From Trichosphaerium sp. ATCC 40318 (Eukaryota; Protista; Tubulinea): a stretch of 64,000 bases of DNA. Under the pieces are notes generated by a model. It saw only the letters and a program-made list of their open reading frames with translations, was not told where the DNA came from and did no database searches. Location: NCBI GenBank assembly GCA_038496445.1, contig JALMLS010000363.1, positions 2,737 through 66,736 of the forward strand. Reading direction: 5' to 3'. The translations under genes and the position numbers were made by a program. Positions 36,501-47,490 of the stretch are shown here, piece by piece. Each line of letters starts with the position of its first letter. Within the stretch, counting starts at the first letter, position 1.

Positions 36501-39500
36501 ACGCCGTATACGTAAGGACATGCCAAAAAAGCATAAGCCACTTTAACTTAAAAACATAGGTCACAAAGGAGGGCATAAGCACAGTGACATACTAGTGTCT
36601 TTCCCAAAGAGTACAAAAGTAGGAAAACTAACAATGTTCGGTGTATTGAATGTTGTATCAGCTGATAAGCGTACGTTCGCGAGAACCAATGAAGCTTCTA
36701 ACTTTTTTGACAATTGCAGAACGCCCAGCGTTTATTTCTGTCGATAAGGAAAAGCTAACACTCTATGATGCATCCAAAAAGCGACTACGGTACGCATCAA
36801 AAACATTGTACGAATGAACCCTGATGCTTTGTTCAGTACAGTTTATATTGGGCTTGTACACTCCTTGGGAAAATCAGACGATGATGGATTCAGACACTTG
36901 TTGATTAGCATACCAAGGGAGTATGATATTCTACTCAGGTTCCCTACTGCAGGAAAAAGAGACGAAGTAGTTGATAAATTGTGTGACGCCAAAGGAGGAC
37001 GAGGATATAATGTACTACCTTACTAGAGTTTAATCTTTTCTCATCCTTTTTTGATAAAGGTGAACAAGAAGCAATACAAGAGATTGTTGCTTGATATGAA
37101 GACTAAAAAAGTCCGTAAAGAGCAACTCAAGAAATACTTTGGTATGGTGCTTGAAGGACTCAAAGAAGGTTGGACTGTTCATGATGCATCTGAGTGTACA
37201 AGATCAGCTTCTGGTATCCTTAACACAGAGTTATCAAAAGGTACAATAAACTATTCGCTTGTTTTTTGTTGACACGTGTATAGACGAGTTTGCTGAGGCT
37301 TTTGGACTTGATATCGAATCTGATTTTGTGAACAGATTATTCAGGGTTGCTACTGCGCAACGACCAACAGGACATATTACCTTTAAGGAGTTTTTTGATT
37401 TTGTGTTCCTGTTCTCAAAGGTAAAATGAGAAAAAAGCATGAAAATAACCCACTAAGCGCTTACTTGTTCTAGGGATCTCCTAAAGATAAGATTAAAGCA
37501 ATATTTCAACTGTAAGTTATTATGAATCTAATAAGACTAGTAGTACTAATGACAATAAAGGTATGATCAAGGTAAAACTGGATACTTGTCCAGAGGAGAG
37601 ATTAAAGAAATGTTCACATCAACAGTAAGTTTTTTTTTTTCCTGTTTCAAAAAGGGTGAGTAATTAACATGGTTATTAAGATTGAAGTTGGGCGATCAAG
37701 ACAAAAAATGAGTCAAGGAGACTTAGATAAGTTTGTAACAGCGTTTATCAAGAGTGCAGGTACCTCTCATAAGTCACATGTAGCCCAGTTTAATTTTCTA
37801 AATTTTTTCTCAGGTGCTAAGAATCCGAAGCGTCTGCAGCTCGAAGAGTTTACGAGAGTTATGTGTAAGCATGAAGAGATATTAAATGAAGGAAAATTAA
37901 ACCTTAGAGCAACATGGAGAAAAACAAACTTGAAAAAACAAGTAAGTTAGGTTCCATCCATAAACTACTTAGGATTCTTACTTTATTCTCAACTAGAAAA
38001 AAAAGGCAAACACCAAAACAGGTGGCAAACAAGTACGTCATATTCGGTTTACTACATTATCTGTACCTTATTTTAACCGATATTATCGAATTAGACTACA
38101 AGAGAGACGAACGATCTAGTTGAGATCTCCGAAAATCCAAGAGCTGACAAAAATGAAGATGAAACAGATTCTGACATTGATGACTTATCTGGGGATGAAG
38201 AAATTAAATCTCCTATGCCTAAAGCTAAGATCCCTCTTGAAAAGCTTCAAGAATATATGATACAGCGTACTCTTGTGGACTCACAGAAATCAGAAGCTGC
38301 AGAAGCTGCAAAAGAGTTTTATTCAAAGAAGTCTTCATTGAATCCAAAAGACATCAGCTTTGAGTTATCTGATACAGAAGATATAAGTGATATTGACGAA
38401 GAAGATTACAGTGACGATGACTCTGTTGAGATTGACGATTCGTCAGATGAGTCAGAATCGGAAGAATCCGCTTCGACTTCTGATTCTGATTTTGATGTTA
38501 AAAAGAAAACAAACACGGCGCCTATGAGCATACTCAAGAAGACTAGGAGAGGTGGTAGACCAAAGCAAGTCAAGAAAAAGTCTGGGGAGATAGATTCAGA
38601 TGAATCTATTGAGTCTATGACAGATGACGAGGAAGATTCTAATAAGAGAGCTTTAACTTTTAACAACGTAGATTTCAGAGAGTCTATCGTTCCTCCAAGG
38701 ATCAGAGCTAGTAATAAAAGTAGACTACGTGTATCACCCAAAGCTGTCAGACGTATTGGAATGAGTTCTCTCACAAGAAGCGGAGGGAAAAAGCATAGCG
38801 CAGGATTGAACAAAAGTGGTACTTTAAACAGATTTTAGCTGTTTTGTTTTAATACTTGCCTAGTGAGGATCAAAGAGCCTTCAGAAAGCGACTCTTCGGA
38901 GTCATCAGAAAAAGCACAAGAAGTAGTAGCTAAACAACCAGAACCTGTATCATCAGGACCGGGTATAACAGAGCCAAGTAAACCACAAGGAAGATTTGTT
39001 GCGTTCATATCAAATCATCGAACTGAAATTATTATTGTTGCTTTATTCTTCCTTATCACTGCCTGGCTCTTCGTAGAGCGTGCATACTGTACGACATGTT
39101 TCATTTTGCTCAAAATCCTCACGTGCATGATAGTGTATTCTGTCGAAAAAGAGCACATTGGACTCCGCGCAATGGCCGGATTTGGCGTAACTGTCAGTCG
39201 TGGCGCTGCAGCTGCGATGAGTTTTTGTTTTGCTTTAATTCTGTTGACTATGGTACCCTTCTTTTTGTTGTTTATGTCTTTCTTTGTTAATTCATTTAAT
39301 AGTGTCGTAATACGATCACTTTGCTCCGCACAACTCCATTGAATCGTCTCATACCTTTTGATCACGTGTATGATTTTCACAAATTGGTTGCTGCGACTGT
39401 GTTTGTTTTCACATGGATTCATATTCTTGGTCATTTTCTAAACTTTTTCCATTTGTCGACGCAATTCCCGGCTGATGTTGAATGTACACTACCTGCTGTA

Positions 39501-41344
39501 TACTTTGGTAGTACTTTCAGACCTTCTTTTGGCGGATACTACCTTTTTGGAACTCTCACTGGATTTACAGGATTATTAATGACACGTGCGTTTTTCAGAA
39601 AATTTTACTAAATAAATTGCTTTCCTTGGAAGGCTTGAACGTTTCTCTTTTCAAAAAAAGGCGTTTTGTCGAAATTCAACAACTGCGCTTTATTCTTTGT
39701 TTGTCAAAGCTTCTGGAGGTTGGTAGAAGCGTGATTCAGCGTTGATTATTTTTTTCTTATTTTTTCTAGTGATTATGATTGTGATGTACATGTATGCGAT
39801 AGAATGGGTCCGACAGCATTTCCATCTGGTTTTCTGGACATCTCATCATCTTTATATTGTATTATACATTCTTATGTTCCTTCATGGATCCGCTTCATTG
39901 CTCCAGAAGGCCGACTTATGGTTGTACTTGACAGGACCATTGGTTCTATTCTTCATAGACAAAGTCGTCGGTAGCACTCGAACCTACGCAAAATCTAAGG
40001 TTGTAGCTGCTGAGCACTTGCCTTCAGGTGTAACGAAACTAGTATTCAGGAGAGACAAGGGATTCAAATACCAATCAGGACAAGTACGTTCAAAAAAAGT
40101 CGAAAAAAAAAAACTTTCAACTTTGTTCTTCGTTTTGCTGACTTTCTACCAAGTGGGTCAGATTATCGTGTCCTAGTATTGCTGGTATGAATAAACGCGT
40201 TTTTATGAACAGTATTCGTTGTTAATATCTTTAATAGCAAAGCATGTGTTCCATCCATTCACTTTGACATCGGCACCACATGAACCACACTTATCATGTC
40301 ATATCCGCGCTGTTGGACCATGGACAAAAGCCTTACGGTAATTGATGAACACACCATTCGTTTTATTAGTTTCTTATAAATGACATAGACGTGTAATGAA
40401 CCCACAACTGTACACTGATATCTCTAAATACCCTCAAGTACGTTTTTTTTTTCTTGTTTTTTTCCTTCGCAGGATTCGTTTTTTGATGGTCTTTTCTTCT
40501 AGCTCATAGTAGATGGTCCTTATGGTGAAGGTCTTCAAGATTGGTATAAATTTAAAACTGTTGTACTTGTTGGTGCTGGTATAGGTATCACGCCTTTTGC
40601 TTCTATTCTAAAAGATTTGATTCATCAAGTTAAAGCAGTACGTTTTGCTCTTTGCTGCAAACCTCATCGCGCAGTGAATTCACCTCATCTTGATTCAATC
40701 AACTAATAAATATCGTTTAGAACGCAGTTCGTGTTGAGAAGGTATATTTCTTTTGGATTATGCGGTCACAAGGTACTATCAAAGACTTACTTTTTTTGAA
40801 AAAAAATCCAAGGAATCCCCTTCTTTTTTTTTGTTAGTCTCTCATTTTCTGTAGCGTCTTTTGAGTGGATGTTCGATATTTTGAAGGATGTCGAAGCTGT
40901 AGATACTATGAACATTCTAGAGACTCATATATTCATAACACAGTACAAGAAAAAGTTTGACTTGAGAACAATGCTGTTTTATGTTGCAGAAAAGAACTTT
41001 CATCGTACACTTGGCATATCCTTCCTTACTGGCTTGCGTGCTACCACTCATTTTGGTCGTCCAAACTTACAGTATGGGATCATAGTATTTAGAAGCTTTT
41101 TACTAACTTTACACTTAAGATACGTCCTGCAGAAGATCCAAAACGAACACAGACTCGAAGTCAAAAAAATAGGTTTGTTGAGCTTTTTTGAAAAAAACGT
41201 TTTGTCGTGTTCATTCCTTCTCTTATAGGCGTGTGTTCTTGCGGACCACACTTTCTAAGTGAAGCACTTACAGATGCATGTAAAACGCTATCACAAAGAG
41301 ATCCAACGTGTCGTATGAAGCACATTACTTCAAACTTTGGATAA
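33501..41344 (+). CDS. DUOX: Dual oxidase: signal peptide, peroxidase-homology domain, TM, EF-hands, ferric reductase TM, FAD- and NADPH-binding domains
   Basis: [67 protein letters not shown]; EF-hand segments; [80 protein letters not shown]. Confidence 0.95.
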
Positions 41345-42154
41345 CAAATTTCACTTTTTTTTTTGATAAAATGACAAATAAAGAAATCTTCTAAGAACCA
41401 CATTTGTTATCATTGTCACATCGATTGTTTGTTGAAGAACAAACGTTCAATGACTTTGCAAACCTTAGCCACTTAACTTAAAAAGAATAAAACTGGCTGG
41501 TTAAAGTAATTCGGCCTGAAAACAGACAGCACGTGACTTGCAATCCCGTTTGATTTTTTGTATTTGTGTTGTCTTTTTTTGCTCTTGTAGAGGACTTAAC
41601 CGAGAAACAATTACTGTAATAGTAACTTCAAAAGCAGTCTACACAGGGCTATGAAGCAAAACAAATGCCATAGCCGCTCAAGTTTTCTTTGTAACGAACA
41701 AACCGAACAACTTCCAGGAAATTTGCATAGTTCAAAAATGAAAAGTTTGTTTCAGACATTGCAAATGAATTTAGTGGTTGTTTTTGCTGGCTTTCAAATC
41801 ATAACTAGCTCTAAAAAACAGATTCAGTTGGTATGTCAGACTATAGAAGCTACATGATATTCATAACCTCTGGCGCATAAAGAAACTTAGACGCTTGTAA
41901 CTTCTTGAAGGAAAAGAGCCAAAAATAATCTTCAAAAAGAATACATAAAAAAGTGACATTATTACAAAAGTTAAGAGTAATCAAACTAACTTTGTAGATG
42001 ATTGGTTAGCACCTATTAGTGTTAAATAGTTGAATCATGAGTTCAGTCATTTAACATAACACTATCATTAGAATCACTGTAGATAGATTCATTACCTCAA
42101 AGTAATTTTTATTTAAAAGCCGAATTTCAATAGTAAGTTTTTGCCATATTAGGT

Positions 42155-43426
42155 TTATGTTGGTATCGTATGAGCACTAGTCAATTCCTTTACAGTTTCA
42201 TATGTTATACCAGTTCCTCTGCATACGAAGATAGTGTGCACACCTACAAGCGCTTTTAATGCTGCAACTGTTACGCTTGTATATTCCAAATTAATTTTAT
42301 GTACACCTGCCAGTGCCTTGACACCCTCATCTGTTACGCTTGTATGTTCCAAATCAATTTTATGTACACCTGCCAGTGCCTTGATACCCTCATCTGTTAC
42401 GCTTGTATATGCCAAATCAATTTTATGTACACCTGCCAACGCCTTGATACCCTCATCTGTTACGCTTGTATGTGCCAATTCAATTTTATGTACACCTGCC
42501 AACGCCTTGACACCCTCATCTGTTACGCTTGTGTGTTCCAAATCAATTTTATGTACACCTGCCAACGCCTTGATACCCTCATCTGTTATTGAGCCGCAAT
42601 TACACAAGTAGATGGTATGAACTCCTGCCAGTGCCTTCAAACCCTCATCTGTTACGCTTGTATATGCCAAACTAATTTCATGTACACCTGCCAACGCCTT
42701 GATACCCTCATCTGTTATTGAGCTACAATAACTCAAGTTGATGGTGTGTACTCCTGCCAGTGCCTTCACACCCTCATCTGTAACATTTGTGTGTGTCAAA
42801 ATAATTTTAGGTACACTTGCCAATGCCTTGATACCCTCATCTGTAATTGTGCTACAACTTTCCAAGTTGATGGTGTGTACTCCTGCCAGCGCCTTCACAC
42901 CCTCATCTGTAACATTTGTGTGTGTCAAAATAATTTTAGGTACACTTGCCAATGCCTTGATACCCTCATCCGTAATTGTGGTACAATAACGCAAGTCGAT
43001 GGTGTGAACTCCTGCCAGCGCCTTCAAACCCTCATCTGTAACAGTTGTGTGTGCCAAAATAATTTTATGTACTCCTGCCAATGCCTTGATACCCTCATCT
43101 GTAATTTTGTAACACTTTATCAATTTGATTGATTGTACTCCCCTCAATTGCTTGATAGCATAGTCTGTTACATGTTCATAATCACGAAAGCCAATAGTTG
43201 TATTCTGGAGTAACGGACTACCAGTAAGGATTTTCACATCATTTTCTGTAATGTTGATACAACCGTATCCGACGTATTTTTGGACAATATCGTACAAAAA
43301 GTGGCATGTATGGGCTGTATTGAGTGCGTGAATCCCTTTTTTGAGTATATGAACTATTATTTCAATTGGCAGCGCTATTAGGTAGAATATCTGCAAAAGT
43401 GTATTTTCAATGCCTTTTTTTTTCAT
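42155..43426 (-). CDS. Intronless F-box-like plus leucine-rich-repeat protein (cysteine-containing/AMN1-type LRR)
   Basis: N-terminal LIALPIEIIVHIL...TCHFLY (F-box-like), then ~15 repeats of GVHxIxLxx(C/T)x(V/I)TDEGxKALA. Confidence 0.85.
   Translation of the reverse strand: MKKKGIENTLLQIFYLIALPIEIIVHILKKGIHALNTAHTCHFLYDIVQKYVGYGCINITENDVKILTGSPLLQNTTIGFRDYEHVTDYAIKQLRGVQSIKLIKCYKITDEGIKALAGVHKIILAHTTVTDEGLKALAGVHTIDLRYCTTITDEGIKALASVPKIILTHTNVTDEGVKALAGVHTINLESCSTITDEGIKALASVPKIILTHTNVTDEGVKALAGVHTINLSYCSSITDEGIKALAGVHEISLAYTSVTDEGLKALAGVHTIYLCNCGSITDEGIKALAGVHKIDLEHTSVTDEGVKALAGVHKIELAHTSVTDEGIKALAGVHKIDLAYTSVTDEGIKALAGVHKIDLEHTSVTDEGVKALAGVHKINLEYTSVTVAALKALVGVHTIFVCRGTGITYETVKELTSAHTIPT
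42230..43110. repeat. Coding tandem repeat array of 63/66 bp units with a higher-order ~129 bp duplication
   Basis: Near-identical units such as acacctgccaRYgccttgaYaccctcatctgttacgcttgt; 42733-42861 is nearly identical to 42862-42990. Confidence 0.9.
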
Positions 43427-44039
43427 TTGGGTTAAAGTTTGTGCTAACCTGTTTTGTTTAGAGCTTTTGTCAGTTAAACAACACCTCCGCCAAGCTGCGT
43501 GTGTTTTGAGTTTGTAAAGATTTTAGCGCGAACACGTGTTAATTTTCAACGACTTTATTCGCACGTGCGCAAAAGCTGAACAGCGACACAAACTAGCAGC
43601 ACTCTTCGTGCCTTCACGATAGAGGACATTTTAGAGCCTGTTTGTTCCATCTATCTTGTCGTTGGTGGACACCACACATCATACAGATTATTTCAACAAA
43701 TATCATGAAATATAAGCGGTTTCCTTAAAGTAGAGCGTGCAGAGCTCCGTTTGAATTGTTTGTATCTTTTTTGTTCTATCATAAAAGCCCACCTGTCAAG
43801 TCTTATTTTCTGCATAACTCACGCCTACTAGTGGCGTTAGAATTCCTTTTTCTCTTTATAGAAACAAGTAATCTCAAAATCGCGTTAGGCACTAAAACTT
43901 CAAAAATCGCTGCGTAGGAAACGAGAATTTCTCAGTTGAAAATTTTTCGGGTTTTCTATCACGTGATAAAGAGATTATTTTTGTTTAAGTCTACTATCTC
44001 ATTTAAAGAAATAAAAACATCAAAAACAACGTATCAACA

Positions 44040-44650
44040 ATGCCTTCTGTAGTAGTAAGGTTAGTACAAAAACATTAAAATGTCCTTTCTAACGTATGTC
44101 TCGAAGATATATCTCTAGGATGCGCAAAGGATCGATTGAAAAAAAAGTAAAAAAACAAAACAAAGAAGCGTCTGCTTCTCTGCTGCTTCATGAAGACACT
44201 TTTATAGATGATTCTGTAGATAAAACTACAAGAGAAGCACCTGCAGTAAAGTTCACCTGTGAGAACGCTTTCTGGGTGTAAGAGACAACTATTTAAAAAA
44301 GCCAAAACCAAATTGTAAATAAAGGCAAAAAAAAATTTATACCATCGAAATTTCATTTTGGTTGTCAGATTTCGCAAGCAAACTTTCAGATATACGTAAG
44401 ATTAAGTGCTACAAAAACCAATATTTCTTGTCTTAGAAACATTTACAAAAATAGATTTGTAGTATTTGCTAAGGCGTACTTTTTATCGACACTAAATTTT
44501 TTTTAAAGCTTCCCAAAAAAAAAACTCACACAATTTTTCAGTGTCGTTGATAGCTCCGAGGAGAAAAAGAGATAAAGATACGGACTTTTTTTACTGTCTA
44601 AAAAAACAAATTCGGTTCAATTTGTCTGAAATAAAATTATATGGGAGTTA
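44040..44650 (+). CDS. Possible small multi-exon hypothetical protein
   Basis: ATG followed by a GTAAG donor and short open segments bounded by GT/AG (MRKGSIEKK; DDSVDKTTREAPAVKF); no recognisable motif. Confidence 0.3.
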
Positions 44651-44739
44651 AAAACAAGATTATCTAACAACACTTCGTTGAGCGTAAGTTTGCACTTTAT
44701 TAGTAAGAAATAAGCATTTTACAACATTGTTAATATTGT

Positions 44740-46071
44740 TTAGCGTCCTTTGACCTTGAGGTTCATAGAGGCACCACCCCATCTTGAGAAGTCGACGACA
44801 AACTTTGGAGATAGCTGAAAGATACCGTTAAAGTCTCTAGCTGGCATGGACTTATCAAGCTTTGGGAAAGCGAACTTAAATCCTCTGCGTTTGGTCCTAA
44901 ATATATACATTAGAGCGTCCATGGTAAACAATAAAATAAGCGTACTGTCCAGGAGACAAGTCACCAAACTTGAGCAATACTTGGTTGACATCACCAACAC
45001 CACAAAAAGTCATGACATCAGAGTGGAAAGGAGAGTTTTCGTCAACATCAACGTAAGCAATACAATCAGTGATAGGAATACTCATCTTGTTCTTAAAAAC
45101 AACAGTACAAGGGTATGTTGTATCATCTTGTAAGTCGGCAGGCATACTGTAACTTACGTGGACACAAGCATTATCAATAGCGAGCGTAGCTACATCTCCG
45201 CTAACCTTACCATCAGAAGATCCATCGCCAGCGCCAGTTCCTTTTCCGGCTCCTGAGGTAGGCTTGGTGTGAGCGTCCTGACCGCCATCAGCATCAGTTG
45301 CAGGATGGTTTTCGCGCTCCATTACAACATTCCAGCTGCCAATTGCCTTTTCCCAGAACAAGCGGTGAGTCGAACCACCCCAGTCGAATAGGAAGTGTTG
45401 CTCGAGTTTATCTGCTCCTTGGTGGGATTTATCAATACGGGTGTTCGAAGCAGCTTCGCCGTTGACCAAGAAGGAGTGTATTTGAGTCTTGACAAAGTCC
45501 TAATAAGGTGTCAGCTTCAACGAAGAAGGAAATTAAAAAGTGTGGCTGAAAGCTAGCGTACGTTTTGTATCTCCATCTGAGTGTCTATCTTCAAGATATC
45601 ATCGATGTCGAAGGTGTAGCGGAAGTTATGACCCTCAGTCTTTGTTCCTTTGCGTACTGTCGACATTGACCATCCCAAGTCTCTCATGAAGATTCGGTAC
45701 TTGGTACCTCTCCAAGTGAAGACGAAGTCTTGGTGGTGAACGCAAGAGCCAGCATGACTGTTATCAATAGAAATATCAGTAGCATACTCTCCGTTTACTT
45801 TTATCCAGTAAATTTTGATCTTTTCCCAGTTTTCGCTCTAAAAAAAGAACGTCAGTATTAACAATCACGTGGTAAATATACACGAGAAGAAAATAAATTT
45901 CCAACGGCGGTTACACCCTACGCTGATGCCAAGAAACGTCCCTGGCACTGCAGAGAAAGGAAAAAAACAAAAACTAGGTCGAAACGTAACTGGGTTTAGT
46001 TCCACTAAAGAGTTAACTGTGACGGCATTGCCGAAGCTCCAGTTGTATGACCATGTTCCTTTTGCTGCCAT
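44740..46071 (-). CDS. Orphan protein: two tandem ~90 aa beta-rich domains, Gly-rich linker, C-terminal beta domain
   Basis: Four exons; repeats KVNGEYATDISIDNSHAG..QDFVFTWRGTKYRIF and LVNGEAASNTRIDKSHQG..QHFLFDWGGSTHRLF; GC-richer codon usage. Confidence 0.75.
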
Positions 46072-46570
46072 TATTGTTGAGTTGTTGTTGTGAGTGTTGG
46101 TTTTTGTTAGTTATGATATCAATAATAAGTTTTATAAAATGACTTTTATTCAAATAACAAAAGCGACCGTTGCGCGTTGATGTTTTGTTTTCAGATGTTC
46201 TGTCAGTTTTTTTTTCTGGGTTGCTTCCACTGTTGTTAAATACCTTTCGTACGTATGTCTACGTAATAAAGTCTACTTTTGTTGAAAAGTGACGTATGAA
46301 GTCACGTGTGAATCACGAGCGAAGACATTATGGTACGATTTCGTGAACAAAGCTCATTCAAGTTTGTTGACGCAAATTAAGCATGAATAGGTTTTTAGGC
46401 CGTTATGGCTTGGGTTACCGGAGTTTTTGCAGAACTCTACATTAATTAGGTAACAATTCATCTAATAAGCGAAAGAAATACAGTTAACGCGACTGTGCGT
46501 AATAAGATGAAGGCTACAACCAACTTGAGTGGTTGACATAAAAAACGAGATACGCTTTCATTTACAAATA

Positions 46571-47272
46571 TTTATTCTTCGTCGTATGACCGCTCAATCA
46601 CCTTCCACAGGTGTTTTATGCGTCTTACATTATTACCTAAGTCTGTTCGCTTTCGTGTCTTAGATCTGGCATCAAACCTTATTTGCCCTACAGCACTGTT
46701 AGTATCTCAACCGAAGCTCACAGATGAAAAGTATTTTTTTTTCCTGTGCTCACCAGAATTTGTCTCTATAACCTCAACTACTACATCATCTGTCCATCTG
46801 AAAGTCTTGCTCGTAGCAGTAAAGTAAACCTAATAGAGACGTGAATATGACAGGTGTAAAGATGGTGGTTTGACAAAAAGTGCTTAGTACAAACTACATC
46901 TAACAAAAAACTACAAAATCATACAAAGTGCAGTTCGTCATCTTGAGATACTATACTCCACTGTTCTCCTTTTTTCGGTTTATTCATGGCATCCAATAAA
47001 CCTACAATACTAATTCAGGTTTTATTTATCACGTGGGGTAACCAACATAAACGTTCGCGTTGTATCACGTGGTGTTCAACGCCGAAATTTTAAAAAAAAG
47101 TGTACTTACGGCGGTAACCATCTAGTAGTTTACCATCTAGTATCAACGGCCCGAATTTAGGATAGTTGTGTCGTTGTTTTTTAGCTGATTTTGCCGAGTG
47201 CGGTTTGTTGAGGTTTGGTATACGTAAAGGGGCACCTGGGCGTGTACATACATCATTGGTAACAGCGTACAT
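46571..47272 (-). CDS. DUF1499 family protein
   Basis: TNDVCT...Q..NYPKFGPL, FTATSKTFRWTDDVVVEV and FDARSKTRKRTDLGNNVRRI fit the DUF1499 pattern (DDV...RSxSRxGxxDLGxNxxR). Confidence 0.7.
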
Positions 47273-47490
47273 GTAAATTGATTTTTATTTTTAGCAAGAA
47301 AGTAGTATAGTAATGTCTTGTATCTTTAGACGCGTCTACCTGTATATTTTCGGCGTTTGCTTAAATAGTAAAACTGAGTGGACTGAATTGGACTATTAGC
47401 GGATAAACTAATGATTTACACAACGATGCATTGGGTTGTAGGGGCGAAGTGGAATGTTTTTATTTTTAATCCAACTCTTTTTTTCAAACT

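Noticed and set aside
38406-38813. 135 aa Ser-rich minus-strand ORF
   Set aside because: Antisense of the DUOX low-complexity exon
41450-42100. Possible gene remnant downstream of DUOX
   Set aside because: Only a short ORF without motifs or a consistent splice pattern
42234-43132. Cys-rich plus-strand repeat ORFs
   Set aside because: Antisense shadows of the minus-strand LRR repeat array
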